Part shown: piece by piece, positions 24,680-38,669 of the stretch
How positions within the stretch are numbered: the first letter of the stretch is position 1
Layout: each line of letters begins with the position of its first letter
From: Octopus sinensis
Taxonomy: Eukaryota
Direction of reading: 5' to 3'
DNA length: 64,000 nt
Assembly (NCBI RefSeq): GCF_006345805.1
Contig: NC_042999.1
Location: 76,136,001 to 76,200,000 of the forward strand
The notes under the pieces: generated by a model
Databases searched by the model: none
Told to the model about the DNA's origin: nothing
The model's input: only the letters and a program-made list of their open reading frames with translations
Translations under genes and position numbers: made by a program

Positions 24680-25611
24680 AAGGTTATTATTTCAAAGCAA
24701 GTAATCAGAGGGACATAATATGTTCTACAACAAGTTAGAGGGGTTAGAAGTGAACCCCCAAAAGCAGGGAGAAAACAACATATTCTGATGCCCGTTATGT
24801 ATTTGTCATAGCATGAATATTTCAAAAATAGTTTTTCATCCTATAAAATATAAATGCAAACAGATTTAACAAATTGCTACTTTCGAAATATAAGAAAACA
24901 TATAATGATTAAATATATTTATATATTTAGCCTCCAAATACCTGATCCACCGGAACACATGTTCCGTAAATACTAAGTTTAGTAGTCTGATATACAGGAT
25001 AAAAAAAGGACTAGTATAGAAAGTACTTAGATAGAGAAGGCCAACCCATATAATGACAGCCAAAAGTACCACAGCGTCATGTTCGTTGACGCTAACCCAG
25101 GAGGAGAACTAACTTATCATTTTGCCTTAAGTAAACTGAATCTCCGGATTGAAGCGGTGGAAAGGACAGGAAATACCACAAAATCCAAGATAAGTAACAC
25201 ATGCCATTTGAAAGAACCTCTGTATTCATAGGAACTGTGCAGAGTGTAAGGCCACAGATAAACTACGAAGTTAGGAACACCGTCTTTAGTATAACGTGTA
25301 CAAAGGAACGGTGCAGAAGCAGGACATACATTAGAGAAACAGCCCGTGGCACAAGTAACAGATTAAATGGTAACTGTTGGGAATTCAAGGTGGGGCAGTT
25401 TTCGTCAATGTTATACCAACATGTTAACCTAAAATATGGGAACTCGAAAGATAAGAGAATTTAAGTGCCTATGCATACACAAAACTGACACAACACTCAG
25501 ACAAGTTACGGAGGCCTCACACATAATAGAAAGTAGATTGAGCCTCGACGGTAAATGCGAATGAACACCTCACTCCACAGCCTGACAACTGAAGACAGAA
25601 AAGGGCCAAAC
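24680..25611 (+). mobile_element. Degenerate Penelope-like element (RT remnant plus GIY-YIG)
   Basis: ORF 25201-25464 TVFSITCTKERCRSRTYIRETAR resembles the (V)IY.ITC..C...YIGET nuclease motif; upstream traces resemble GTxMG and YIDDIF. Confidence 0.5.
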
Positions 25612-25887
25612 CAAAAACAAACGAGACACAGATACAAGCATTACAATATTACAACCCCACCACACACAGAAAGACACACAAACACATACACACACAGATA
25701 CACAGTCACATGCCAAACGCATAGACACACACACAGAAACAGGCGGAAACGCATACGCAGATATCCATATGTACTACAGAACGACAATAAGGAATAGACA
25801 GGACAAGATCAGAGAGAAGGGCATGGACAAGAAGAACAGATAGTCATTGAAGAGGTCATAGAATGTGTATAGAAAACCTCTGGCAAA

Positions 25888-25889
<2 letters not shown>

Positions 25890-25956
<67 letters not shown>
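25890..25956. repeat. (TAA)n left of the R4/Dong-like insertion
   Basis: direct reading. Confidence 0.95.
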
Positions 25957-27667
25957 GACCCCCATAAAAACTGAAGAGGTCACCCAGGCACTGCAAAGAC
26001 TAAGCAACTGGAAGGCACTTGGGCATGACAAGATCCCCAACTTCTGGTTGAAATATCTAACAGGAATGAACAAAAAGCTGGCTGAACACTTTAACAACGT
26101 ACTAGCAGAGCCAGAGACAATGCCTGAATGGCTCATGAAGGGGAAAACCATCTTAATTCCCAAATCAAATGAAACAGAAAAACCAGAAAACTACAGACCA
26201 ATAACCTGCCTCCCTACTATGTTCAAGGCATTTACTGCAGTGATATCACAAAGGCTGAACAAGCACCTGGACGAAAACAAACTGTTCCCAGAAGAGCAGA
26301 AAGGATGCCGCAAAGGCTCATATGGCTGTAAAGATCAACTAATGATTAATAAAGCCATAACTGAAGACAGCCACAGAAAGAAGAAAGGCCTCAGTATGGC
26401 CTGGATTGACTACAAAAAGGCGTTTGATAGCATCCCCCACACATGGATCCTCGAAACACTAGCCATTAACAAAGTAGCACCAACAATCATAAAATTCATA
26501 GAGCACTCTATGAATAAATGGCAAACAGTCCTACACCTCCAAACAAAAGAGGGACTCATGAAAACCAAAGACATCCCCATTAGAAGAGGAATATTCCAGG
26601 GAGACACGCTCTCTCCACTCCTTTTCTGCTTGGCACTGTCACCGCTATCTGATATGCTAAATAGAACTGGATGCGGATATAAATGTTACGGCAAAACGAT
26701 CAGCCACCTTTTATATATGGATGACCTAAAACTATACGCTGCAAATGACAAACAGCTGGAAACACTATTAAAGACAGTTCATGGATTTACCAAAGAAATA
26801 GATATGAAATTTGGATTAGAAAAATGCGCCAAAGTAACCATGACAAGAGGAAAACTAGCTAAGAGTAACAACATCACACTAGATAAAACCAATGAAATAA
26901 AAGAATTAGACCAAAGCCAAACTTACAAATACTTAGGAATCCATGAACTAGATAAGACACAACACACACAAATGAAAGAGAAAATAAAAAAAGAATATTA
27001 TAGACGAGTTATATCAATACTAAACACAGAGCTCAATGCTAAAAACAAGATAATAGGTATCAACACTTTAGCTGTCCCAGTTATAAGTTACAGCTACAAT
27101 ATCCTTAACTGGACACGAAATGAACTGACCAAAATAGATAGGAAAACAAGAAAAATAATGACAGGATCTAGGATGCATCACCCAAAATCTGACATAGAAA
27201 GACTATATATACAACGTATAGAAGGTGGTAGAGGCCTTATACAGCTGGAAAACTACTATAAAATAACCACCATAGGACTGCAAAAATATCTACTTCAGAA
27301 GGAAGGAAAACTGATCCAGATAGCGGCAAAACACGAGCAAAACAAAAAACTGTTCTCAGTATTTAAGGAAGCTGACAAATACAAACAAGAAATCATACCA
27401 CCTAATAAATATGAAGAAGAAGAAGAAGATGAAGAAACAACAAAAGCTATAAAACAAATGAAATCCAAACTGAAAATAGAACAGCAACGAACCATGATAA
27501 AACGATGGCAAGAAAAGCCCCTTCATGGTAAATACTGGACTAAACTAAACGCAAAAGAAATAGACAAAGAAAAATCCCAACAATGGTTGAGAAGCTCAGG
27601 ACTCAAAGCAGAAACAGAGGGATTTTTAATTGCAACACAAAACCAAAGCCTCCCCACCATAAATTAC
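25957..27667 (+). mobile_element. R4/Dong-like non-LTR retrotransposon fragment (RT; truncated at both ends)
   Basis: open frame 25958-27679 with SNWKALGHD, WIDYKKAFDSIPH, GIFQGDTLSPLLF, LLYMDDLKLYA, FGLEKC, GGRGL; stops at QNQSLPTINY before the CCHC/RLE domain; (TAA)n on both sides. Confidence 0.88.
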
Positions 27668-28027
27668 GTGCATCTCTGATCATGAGTAGAAGTAGTGGGC
27701 GAGCACCATAGCCATATGTTGAGATGAATTCTTTGGGGTTTGAAAAATTCACCTCCGGAAACGTAAGTGTTTTGTTCACCGTCCTTAAACAATGTGAATT
27801 CAGTGACCTATTGAGCGAATGGGCTACTCGACCTGAAGAAAATTCTATTTGGGCTCCACTTGCAAGGTCATGCACTGTTTGTCTTGATATGAGATCACCA
27901 TGTCACGGACATATAGTTGTCATGCATTTGTGTAGTGTACTCTTATCAGACGAGTAACCATGGTGGGTATACTGGGCTTCATATATTTGTACCCCAGTGT
28001 CACTTTGATAGCATGCGCTGCTCTCTC
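27668..28027 (+). mobile_element. 360-bp non-coding retroelement-type 3' segment ending in (TAA)n
   Basis: abrupt junction with the RT frame; ends gctgctctctc directly before the TAA array. Confidence 0.55.
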
Positions 28028-28042
28028 AAATAATAATAATAA

Positions 28043-28083
<41 letters not shown>

Positions 28084-28108
28084 TAATAATAATAATAATA
28101 TAATAATA

Positions 28109-28141
<33 letters not shown>

Positions 28142-28158
28142 TAATAATAATAATAATA

Positions 28159-28204
<46 letters not shown>
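28028..28204. repeat. (TAA)n right of the insertion
   Basis: direct reading. Confidence 0.95.
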
Positions 28205-28551
28205 CGCGCGTCTTTATTGGCAAAATAACCACTTACAAATATAACAATTTGTCTTTAAACACACGATTTCACATCGAGAATCTTCCCAGCAGTGTAAGCA
28301 GTGCATTCTGACATCAATCGCAACAGTCTCGGATAGTTTGTGAAGGACATGGACATTGTCAGAGCAAGCAAGTAAATATAACATGAGAATGCCTGTTTGT
28401 GCGTGTGTGAGTGTGTGTGTAAATAAGTGAGTGCAAGCGTTTAGTAAGAAACGAAGAAACGATTGTAAACTTCAGCATCAAAAGAGGGACATAGAGAGTA
28501 CACGATATATTTGTCAAGATATAGTTGTTACTATCGAGGAATCAAATTTCG

Positions 28552-28587
<36 letters not shown>

Positions 28588-29109
28588 CGAAGAGAGATAT
28601 ACGCAGAAATGCATGTATAAATGTATGTAAACGCATATTATATACATGCGTATGTGGGTGTGTGTATATATTTCTCATGTGTTTGCGTGCGTGTGGGTGG
28701 GTGTATTTTTATGCGTGGCGTATTAAATGCAAATTGAAATGAACATGTTTCCTGTCGAATTGCCTAAAATACAATTCATTATTTCGAATGCTACAGAAAA
28801 CAGAATTTTTCCAATAGCAACAAAAGGAAAACAGCAAAAGCATCACAAACAAATCACAAAAATAGAACGTATGGATTGGTATTATTTTCCACTAGATACA
28901 AATGGGATTATATAGTAATTGTTTATAAGTGTAATATATGTGAAATAGCCGACATACCTCACAAGCAAGCAAACACACAGTTATACATATATAAGTTGTT
29001 GCCTGTGAAAGACGTATTGTATGGAAGGAAACATGGAAAATTAAATTTTCATAATAGTACAAGTGTTTTATATATATGTTTGTGTGTGTGTGTGTTGGTG
29101 TGTGTATGC

Positions 29110-29130
29110 ATAATGTATATGCATATATAT

Positions 29131-29167
<37 letters not shown>

Positions 29168-29242
29168 GAATATATACATGCATATATATATATATATATA
29201 TGAATATATACATGCATATATATATATATATGAATATATACA

Positions 29243-29276
<34 letters not shown>

Positions 29277-29343
29277 TATATATATATATATATATGAATA
29301 TATACATGCATATATATATATATATATATATAAATGTATATGC

Positions 29344-29375
<32 letters not shown>

Positions 29376-29412
29376 GAACATATACATGCATATATATATA
29401 TATATATATAAT

Positions 29413-29461
<49 letters not shown>

Positions 29462-29473
29462 GAATATACATGC

Positions 29474-29513
<40 letters not shown>

Positions 29514-29739
29514 GAATATATACATGCATAATATATATATATATAATATATATATATGAATATATACATGCATATATATAATATATATATATATATATGA
29601 ATATATACATGCATATATATATGCATATATATATATATATGAATATACATGCATATATATATATATATATGAATATATACATGCATATATATATATATAT
29701 GAATATATACATGCATATATATATATATGAATATATACA

Positions 29740-29789
<50 letters not shown>

Positions 29790-29840
29790 TATATACATGC
29801 ATATATATATATATATATATGAATATATACATGCATATAT

Positions 29841-29871
<31 letters not shown>

Positions 29872-30019
29872 GAATATATAGATGCACATATATATATATA
29901 TATTATATATATATATATATTATATATATATATATATATGAATATATACATGCATATATATATAATATATATATAATATATATATGAATATATACATGCA
30001 TATATATATATTATATATA

Positions 30020-30070
<51 letters not shown>

Positions 30071-30090
30071 CATATATATATATATATACA
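29110..30090. repeat. ~1-kb higher-order (TA)n minisatellite, unit ATGAATATATACATGC(AT)n
   Basis: roughly 18 copies of gaatat(at)acatgc separated by variable TA runs. Confidence 0.95.
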
Positions 30091-30116
30091 TATGTGGCAT
30101 TTTATAATGTAGTTAG

Positions 30117-30305
30117 GGCAGGAGAGATGGCAGTATCGTTAGCTCTCCAGAAAAAAAAGCTTAGCAGCGTTTACTTCGTCTTTATATTCCGAGTTCACAT
30201 TCTACTGAGGTCGAATTTACCTTTCGGGATAATAAAATAAGCACTAGTTTGAGTCCTTGGGTGGATGTGATCGACCTTTACCACATCCACACCCCACCAA
30301 AAATC
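30117..30305 (+). mobile_element. SINE family A, diverged
   Basis: gagatggcagtatcgttagc...gagttcac...gaggtcgaatttacctttcgggataataaaataag. Confidence 0.8.
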
Positions 30306-30330
30306 ATCAAGAAGTGTAAATAAATAATGT

Positions 30331-30441
<111 letters not shown>

Positions 30442-31225
30442 GCATAAATAGATATACCCGCAAACTCATAACGAACTACATTATAAAAATACACAGATTA
30501 ATGTGCATTTAAACAGCGAGAAACATTTTCTTGGTCAATCTAATCTGTCGACCGCTTCTCAGATATATTCAGTTTCTTTGCTTTGTTAGTTGCATAGTAT
30601 ACGGTTTTCTATATAAACTCTCGTCAGTATTTCACCGTAGTGGATACCTTATTTTGCGTAATTTCTATGAACGCTACATCATCGAATACCTATTAGACAT
30701 TTTATGAACAATAATGTGTGATTAGGAGTGCCATAAATTTAAATATTAGAAAGCGTGGGTGTGAACGAAATTAAATTTCTAGCATGTGGAACGTCTACAC
30801 AAAATTTCATTTGTTATGAGAGGGAATGGAAATTTGCAGAAACACATATGCTTGCAATTGTTCGTGATAATGTGATATGAATTCCATTTCTTTTAGGGTC
30901 TTAGATTTTTACAAACCCTAATATGAATGCTCTTCATATAAGCAAGTTCCTTATTGTCTCTTAAACCCAGGTCAATGAACGATCCCAGCTTAACTAAAAA
31001 GAAATTTGATATACGTTAACAATTTGATTGTCGGTGTTTTAAAACTGTTCAGCAGATGATTACAAGGAGCTTTAACATATATATACACACGCACATTTTA
31101 GCTGATGCACGCATTTACATTGTATGCATTGAATGCATATGTACATGCATTCATATATCCATATACGTGTGAGTGAATGTATATGTGCTTGTGAACATTT
31201 CTATGTGTGTCTGCAAACATATTTT

Positions 31226-31297
<72 letters not shown>

Positions 31298-32157
31298 CTG
31301 TGTGTGTGTGTGTGTGTATGTATGTATGCGTGTGTGTGGGGGGGGGAAGAGAGTGAGAGAGAGAAAGAGGGGGAGAGAGATGCTATGACAGATAATTTGT
31401 GTGCGTGAATCAGTGAGTTTGTGGATAAATACATTGTAATGCATATAAAAGAATGACATGATGAGAAGAGAGAGAATTGGGTATGGATATATTAATTCAA
31501 TAATACATACTTATAAAATATTGAATGCTTAAAATTAATTTATCTTACTGTTTTCTTTATGTTGTTGTTGCTTTTTGTATATAAATATCTTATACAAAAC
31601 GTTGTTATGAATTCAATATCCTACTCAAATTTCAAAATTGTGAAGAATAACATGGTCTGAAAAATCACATTATTATATTCTCATGATTGTAATTGAACGA
31701 GAAATATTTAATAATTTCAAAATTGTAGAACTGTTGAAATATATATAACGATAATGATTTCATTGTTTATTGATATATTTACATGCTTTTTTTTTTACAT
31801 TTTATTTTTACACCTGGTCCGATCTTCTTTCTATTTGCGTATAATGTATCTTTTTGAATTAGACAAAAGATTTATATTAACAAGGCGATTATTCACTTCA
31901 AATAAGATCATGAAAAGTTATTTAAAAACTGCTCATGTAAGTTATATATCCATGCATAATATGTACGTAAACAAACGCACGTATGTTCATACACACATAA
32001 GGCACACAAACAAATACACATTCATTCAAAACCATCAATCAGACACACAATATAGATAGAGGGATAGATAGATAGATATATAGATAAAGATAGAGAGAGA
32101 TACATATACCCACACACACACATATATATATATATATATGTATATACATACACACGC

Positions 32158-32188
<31 letters not shown>

Positions 32189-35100
32189 TGTATGTATCGC
32201 TTCCTTTGTTTCTGAGATTCGATATAAATGTAATATCCGAATAAACGTAGTTCGGATCCTCTCACTTATCTTTCAGTGTATGACCAAAATACGTCACCCT
32301 TCAAGTAGGTTAAATGTTATTTATTTGCACTGGTCGGTATATCATACCACTAGAAGAAGTTAAATTATTGCATAATTTAGAAATTTTTCCTTGGTAGTGT
32401 GTTCTTCCTTGAACTTAATAAAAGGGAGGCAAAATATATATTTAGAGAGGAACTCCGATAGTGGCTTGGTGTAAAAACTTATAAAGAATGTCATTGTGTT
32501 CAACTAATCAAACGTGTCAACGAAACCGTAACGATTGAAGACATAAATAAATGAAAGTAGAGGTCTCTCTGATATATTTCAAAATGTTGTCTAACTATGC
32601 CAGTTGTAAACAGGTGTGGAGAATATTTTTCAAGAAGTGGGCCGCATGACGCTCATCAACAGTCGACTGCATTACTGAAAAAAATTCAAGATAATTTTTC
32701 GTTATATCTGTTCTTCAGAAACTCTCGTGGGTCGCATTTTGCCCATGACTAGTTTACATTGTCACAATTGCTTGAACATTCTACAAATTCCACTTGTTTA
32801 GATATATTCCTTAAGTAATTTCAAATTTATAAAATTTAGGAAACATTTTTCCTCTCAGAATCTTAAGAATCGGTACTTCTCTGCTTACCTCCAAATAACG
32901 AATAACAAAATATATTCTGGAGGGATTGTATCAATATAAACTATTTCATGTAGCTTTCTCTGACTATCTTGATGCTGGCCTATTTCAGGATGGTCTCATT
33001 ACTTAGCCCGTTATATATATTATCTCTGGAATCTATTTAGGGTTTATTGTAGATTTGCTAATTATGGAGATGGTGGTGGCAAGAATTGAATTGCTCAATT
33101 AAATACTCGATATTAGCACTTTCTAATCTCTGATTCACCGCACAGCGTATATCTCTTTTATATATGAATTTAATTTCTTAATCATGGACAAGGCTCCAGG
33201 TTTATTCAGAAAGAAGTAAGAAATGTTATCATATGTCGTTAAACCTTTACCTAAAACCATTAAGAAATGATACAACAATGAATAATGTGAAATGCATTCA
33301 AGAAAAGGCTTTCAAGGAACTTCTCTTTTTTCTTCTTTGCTGACAGCTTTATACTCGTGTTTCTAAATTTATAACTGTTAATTGAAATATCAGATGTTAA
33401 TGCATTTCCATAGTTTTAAAAGTGTTAGTACATACGATGATGAGATTTGTATTGCTTAAATCTTATCTGTTTCGAATTTGATGTATTTTAATCGCTCAGT
33501 AGAATAAAGTAAGCGTAAGTAAAATTATTGCAAAAGTAGGAAAAAGCAAGTTAGATTTCTCCTTTGGGTTACTGGGATGAACTCAAAATTCCGTATTTAT
33601 ATAATTTAACGTTCTGACTCAAGCTGCACAACTGTGGTTGTGATTGAACCTGGCATTCAAGGAATTGAATTCCAGAAGTGTTCAGACTTTTTCAGGGGAG
33701 TCTGATAATGTTTGCAATGCACCTTGTATTTATGTAAAATTAGTCAAGCAGACTGTTTAAAAAATACCAATATCGAAGTAAATGATTGAAGGTGAAAATG
33801 ACCAAAACTTGAGATACTTCCCAACCTACCAAAAGTATTAGGTGGGCGAATTTGAAGATTTAAGTTAAAGGAGCACTGTATATTTGTCAATATATTTAGC
33901 TCCTATAGCATATTCAAATCCACTTTCGAACTTACTTAGAAGACAAATTGTGTTTATCAGCTGAATTTCTGTGGAAATCTTCCTGAATGAGAAATCTCCC
34001 AAATGCGAAACCTACGACCCGATGTGCAATAAGATTCACAACCCTTATTTATCCATCTAAAACACAATCTATTTTATGGGAAATCATCTATACTTTTCTC
34101 ATATACCGTTTTTATCTAATTCTTCTCGGTTATTTTTCGACCAATGTTTCTCTCGGGTTAATAACATTTATAAATCTATCAATCTCGTCCACTTTCGCAG
34201 CATCTTCTTGAATGTCTAAGAACGTCGATAATATTATTTAGTATTTTAGTTTTTTCTGTTTAGATATTAACTGTATTCCGCCTCGTCATTTTGTATTTTG
34301 TAAATTAGATCATGCCGTTATCTAGAAAAAAATACCTTATAAATGAACTACAGTTTTGCTTCACTTTTGCAATTTATCTAACTTATGTTACAATCTAGGA
34401 TTTGTATTCTCAAATGCCTGTAGTATAAAAACCATTCGCAGCGTCAAACGATTGTTTATATATATTTGTTGGATTGTGTGCATATTCATCGAACTATTTC
34501 AGCTGTCGGAGATAGAACATGTTAGCTGTCTATCTAGCTTAGTATTTAAAGAAAATCCATGACAAGGCGAATTTCGTAATATCAAAATCTCTATTACTTC
34601 ACAAGATTATACTCACATCGTAGCACTCACAAATTAAGCAGTTTTAAATATATTTTTGGTTTTCCTTTTTGTTTATATTTATGTATTTGTACTCATTATT
34701 TGTATTCTTTGCAATACAGGTTAATTATTTCAAAACGACCGCAAACTCTAAAATCTTAACGAAATTTCAAAATAAAAATATGAAATAAAAATATGCTTCA
34801 TGGATTAGCTTGTAAGAAATAAGAATCTAAAAGCATTTTAACAAAGTCTGCTATGGCCGTGTTCCTTTATCAGCGTATTTCAGCATCGCATTTAATACCA
34901 CTGAAAACGTTTTCTCAGTACATCTTAACTTCTTCTCTCAGTATTCCAGAAACATTATCAAAGAAATACTTCCAAGCATAAATCCACTGATTCTGTTTTG
35001 AAATGCCATTACTTTTCTGTTGGCATTTAATTGAGTTTCTGCGGAATAAAATGCGTCAAAAATAAATTAACACCGAGTAACCTACAATACGGAGTTTATT

Positions 35101-35456
35101 CTCAACTACATCTCTACACAACTGGTTATTACACCATATAGGACTGGTTTCCCAGTTTCTCTGGCGTACATATTAAAGCCTGGACGGGATGTCGCATGTC
35201 GCTCCTTCACAGGATTACTCATTTTCACTAACTGAGTGAACTGGAGCAATGTACAAGGAAGTGTTTCTTCAAGAAATCATAACTTTACGATTATGAGTCC
35301 AACACCCTAACGACTCATACACCTCTAGTATATATATATATATATATATATACAGAGAGAGAGGGGTAAAAAGAAAGAAATGCACATTAGGCATAAAGAT
35401 AATGGCTTGTATTTGTTTTATAAAAACAAAGATATATACATGCAAATAAATGATTA

Positions 35457-36202
35457 GAGGTGGAATTAAGAAGTATAAAAATCATTATTATGAGTTATAG
35501 CTGTTCACTGACTTTGAATCGACACCGATTTGCAAACGGTTTTGTGTCTAATAGTACCTGAGTGAAAAGAGTGCATGCAAGGGAGGTAAGTGGTTCTGAA
35601 AATTATGCAATTAAGGTAGATATGATTACTAGAAAATGAATGGTATATGGCATGTATGAGCATAAGTGAGATTATTGGTATTAGCAAGGGTAGTAGTGCC
35701 CTGCATTAAGTTCTTTGTTCGTGTTAGTTGTGGTGGATATTTATCAATGAAATTTGCTGCTTCATTTAATCTTTGCTGCACTGTGATGTTCTGGTGATAC
35801 TGATAAAAGGAGAAAATTTAGAAGTTTGGTTTAAGGTTCGTAGCACATCTGCCTATGTGCGCACTGACCTGTATCTGTCTATATTGTGGGAAGCGGATTT
35901 TTTCTTCGCCTGAGGGAATTCGTGTTTGGCCTATATAGTAGGTAATAACATAGATTAAGTTTTCAGAGTCACAAGTAAAATTTAACTTATCATAAACATT
36001 TCACCTTGTTTGAAGTAAAAGGTGGGGACATGTGCCACAGTTAGGTCTTCCGCATTTTTCCAGTTTTGGTTCCGTTGTTAAGGGATATAGTCTTTTGCGC
36101 TGGTTGATGTTTTTTCAAAGTCAGTGAGCAGCTATGACAAAACTGGTATGACTTTCTATAATAACTCATAATAATGATTTTTATACTTCTTAATTCCACC
36201 TC
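35457..36202. repeat. 62-bp inverted repeat pair flanking the Penelope remnant
   Basis: 35457-35518 vs 36114-36202 (one substitution, 27-nt insertion in the right copy). Confidence 0.9.
35720..36075 (-). mobile_element. Penelope-like (Neptune-type) GIY-YIG endonuclease remnant
   Basis: minus strand reads KCGRPNCGTCPHL (36017-36058), NFTCDSENLIYVIT-YYIGQT (35925-35985), PQYRQI, FIDKYPPQL. Confidence 0.75.
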
Positions 36203-38377
36203 AACTCATATATTTGTATGTATATATCTTTATTCTCATAAAAATCAAGACATTACCTTTATACCTAATATGCATTTTCTTTCTTTCTTTTTATTTTTAT
36301 CCTAATTTATACCACGTGTAGTCTTTTTTCTTTGAAACCTGTTCTTATTATACTCACACACACATACACACACACATATATATATATGTATGTGTGTGTG
36401 TGTGTGTATGTATATACTACATTAATTAAGCTTATCTCTAATAAAGTTTCGATCTAAATTCTTAATTATAACTTAACTAAATATTTAAAAAGATATTCTT
36501 TATAATTATGAACTCCCAGTTCAATTTTGTAATCTGAGATACATGTATAAATCATAAAACATCATTCCCACTGAATCAAAACTAGAAATATTATGTACAT
36601 GTGTGTGTATGTGTGTATGTTTATGCGTACATACATATATATACATACACAAATATACACACATACATATATATATATACATACATGCACACATACATAT
36701 ACACACACATACATACTTGTAGGACATGTTGCTAGTGTTGCATATGTTACCGAACTAACTATCGTCCATTGGCTAAAATTGCAAGTAGGCAGAATTACGA
36801 AAAAGAAGCAAAATCTAATCAATGACTGGAATCGAATGTCTCAGACTTTACCAACCAAGGATAACTTGGGACCTACAACCTCATTACAACTCTTCTACAG
36901 CCTAATCAAAAAAGAACAAAAGAATTTAAAGCTGAGAGCTAAATATCGACATTTGGTTTAATATTAAATTCAGGTAGACTCTTCATTTCACTTCTCTCTA
37001 GATACTTCTGACTGAGTCGAGATGATTTTCGCTGTTAATTTACACCCATGACTTTCGTTTTCTAATTTGCTTAGACTTAACGAAGAAAGAATTGAAGATT
37101 TATTAACACACTTGACTCTCTTCTTAGATTTTAATTTCCTGTCTTATAAATCACACTGAGTGAGTAAATATGATATTTGGAAGTAGATGTCGCCTCGTAT
37201 CAGATTGACGGCTCAGAGGTTGTAAGCTCAAATTAGCAGTAATTGTTTTGTTGTACATCTGAGTAGCATACTTAATTCTATATTACTTTGATTCATTAAA
37301 TATTAGATGGACATAGAAACTTCATATTCCTGGTGAAGTTACATAAAATAACACAAATACACAAATTATAAAACAATAAATATTCCCTCGTAGAAGTGGT
37401 ATATATTTCATCAATTAAACGTAACAAAAGCCTGGAATTAGCACTAAACTAATGGAATTAATTACTGATAGTAATAAGAAGCAATATATTCGTTTAGCGA
37501 AAATCACGGAAAATTTGAAGTGAATTTAATTGTCTGAATAGTCTGTAATGTGCATCATTCATGCTAGTACACAATTGTAATCCTCCACCACGCCCCGAAG
37601 TTTTTCGTTCATGCATTCTAATGATATATGTGATATGAACTGAAATTACGTCGCGGAATAACGGCAACAGACGATCCGGAAAGGAAACACTTCCTGGTCA
37701 TTGCACTGCGAAAAGCGCTATACCTCCTTTAAATCGGAGACCTTAAAAGGTATGAAAGAACATGTCGGATAACGTAATCTTAAATACATATATATTTTTT
37801 TTAATGAACGTTGGGATGTTGATGGTTAAAATGCTTTTGATCAAAAATCTGTTTTATCAGGACTGAACTAAGGAAAAACTTACAAAAACAGCAATTACTA
37901 TATAGCATATGTTAGCAAAATGCTACTAGAAAGCAGGTTCGATGAAGATAATTTTGATTTCTATTGACGATGATCCAATTATGAAACTTAAATAATAAAT
38001 CTAGCTTTAAAAAATCATACAAGATGAATACAAAAGAGAAAGCGAATACATAAAAAACGTATTTCAAAAATAGTAAAAATACAAGAGTAAAATTTTCAAA
38101 GAGAAGTCTAATATAAATGGTTAGATAACACATTATTTTATTGCTGGTATTTTTTTCATCGCATATCGTTTGTTATTTCCGTCTTTTCAAAAGACATAAT
38201 GTGGTGTGAAGAGGAAAAGCCATTAACAAACTGGATTATATATTTATTATATAAGTGTTTCGAAAGCGAGTCAAAATCATTCATTTTATATTTTTTGTTT
38301 TATATCATCAAAATTACACGAATATATTTATATATTCATATACATATTCATACACACACACACATACACACACACAT

Positions 38378-38451
<74 letters not shown>

Positions 38452-38669
38452 ATGTAAGTATGTACGTATAAATGTGTGTATATATCTATATAAGTGTGCA
38501 TGTGTATACATATATTCACATTGCATAAATATAATATACATGTATAGGAAATCATACACAAAGACACACATTGTTCACACACACACACATATATGTAATA
38601 ATACATAAATGAATAAACGCGTGTGCATATATAAGTGTGTGTGTGTGCGAGTGTGTCTGTATGTTCATA

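Noticed and set aside
28892-29976. 270-330 aa ORFs rich in Y/I/M/H, and dozens of similar short ORFs elsewhere
   Set aside because: They are translations of (TA)n/(CA)n/(TACA)n repeats, which lack stop codons in several frames.
30592-30635. Minus-strand CTGACGA-GAGTTTATATA-GAAAACCGT
   Set aside because: Stem II and stem I do not pair.
34915-35070. Minus-strand acceptor followed by a 41-codon open frame (…QWIYAWKYFFDNVSGILREEVKMY)
   Set aside because: No convincing donor or homology; a single weak signal.
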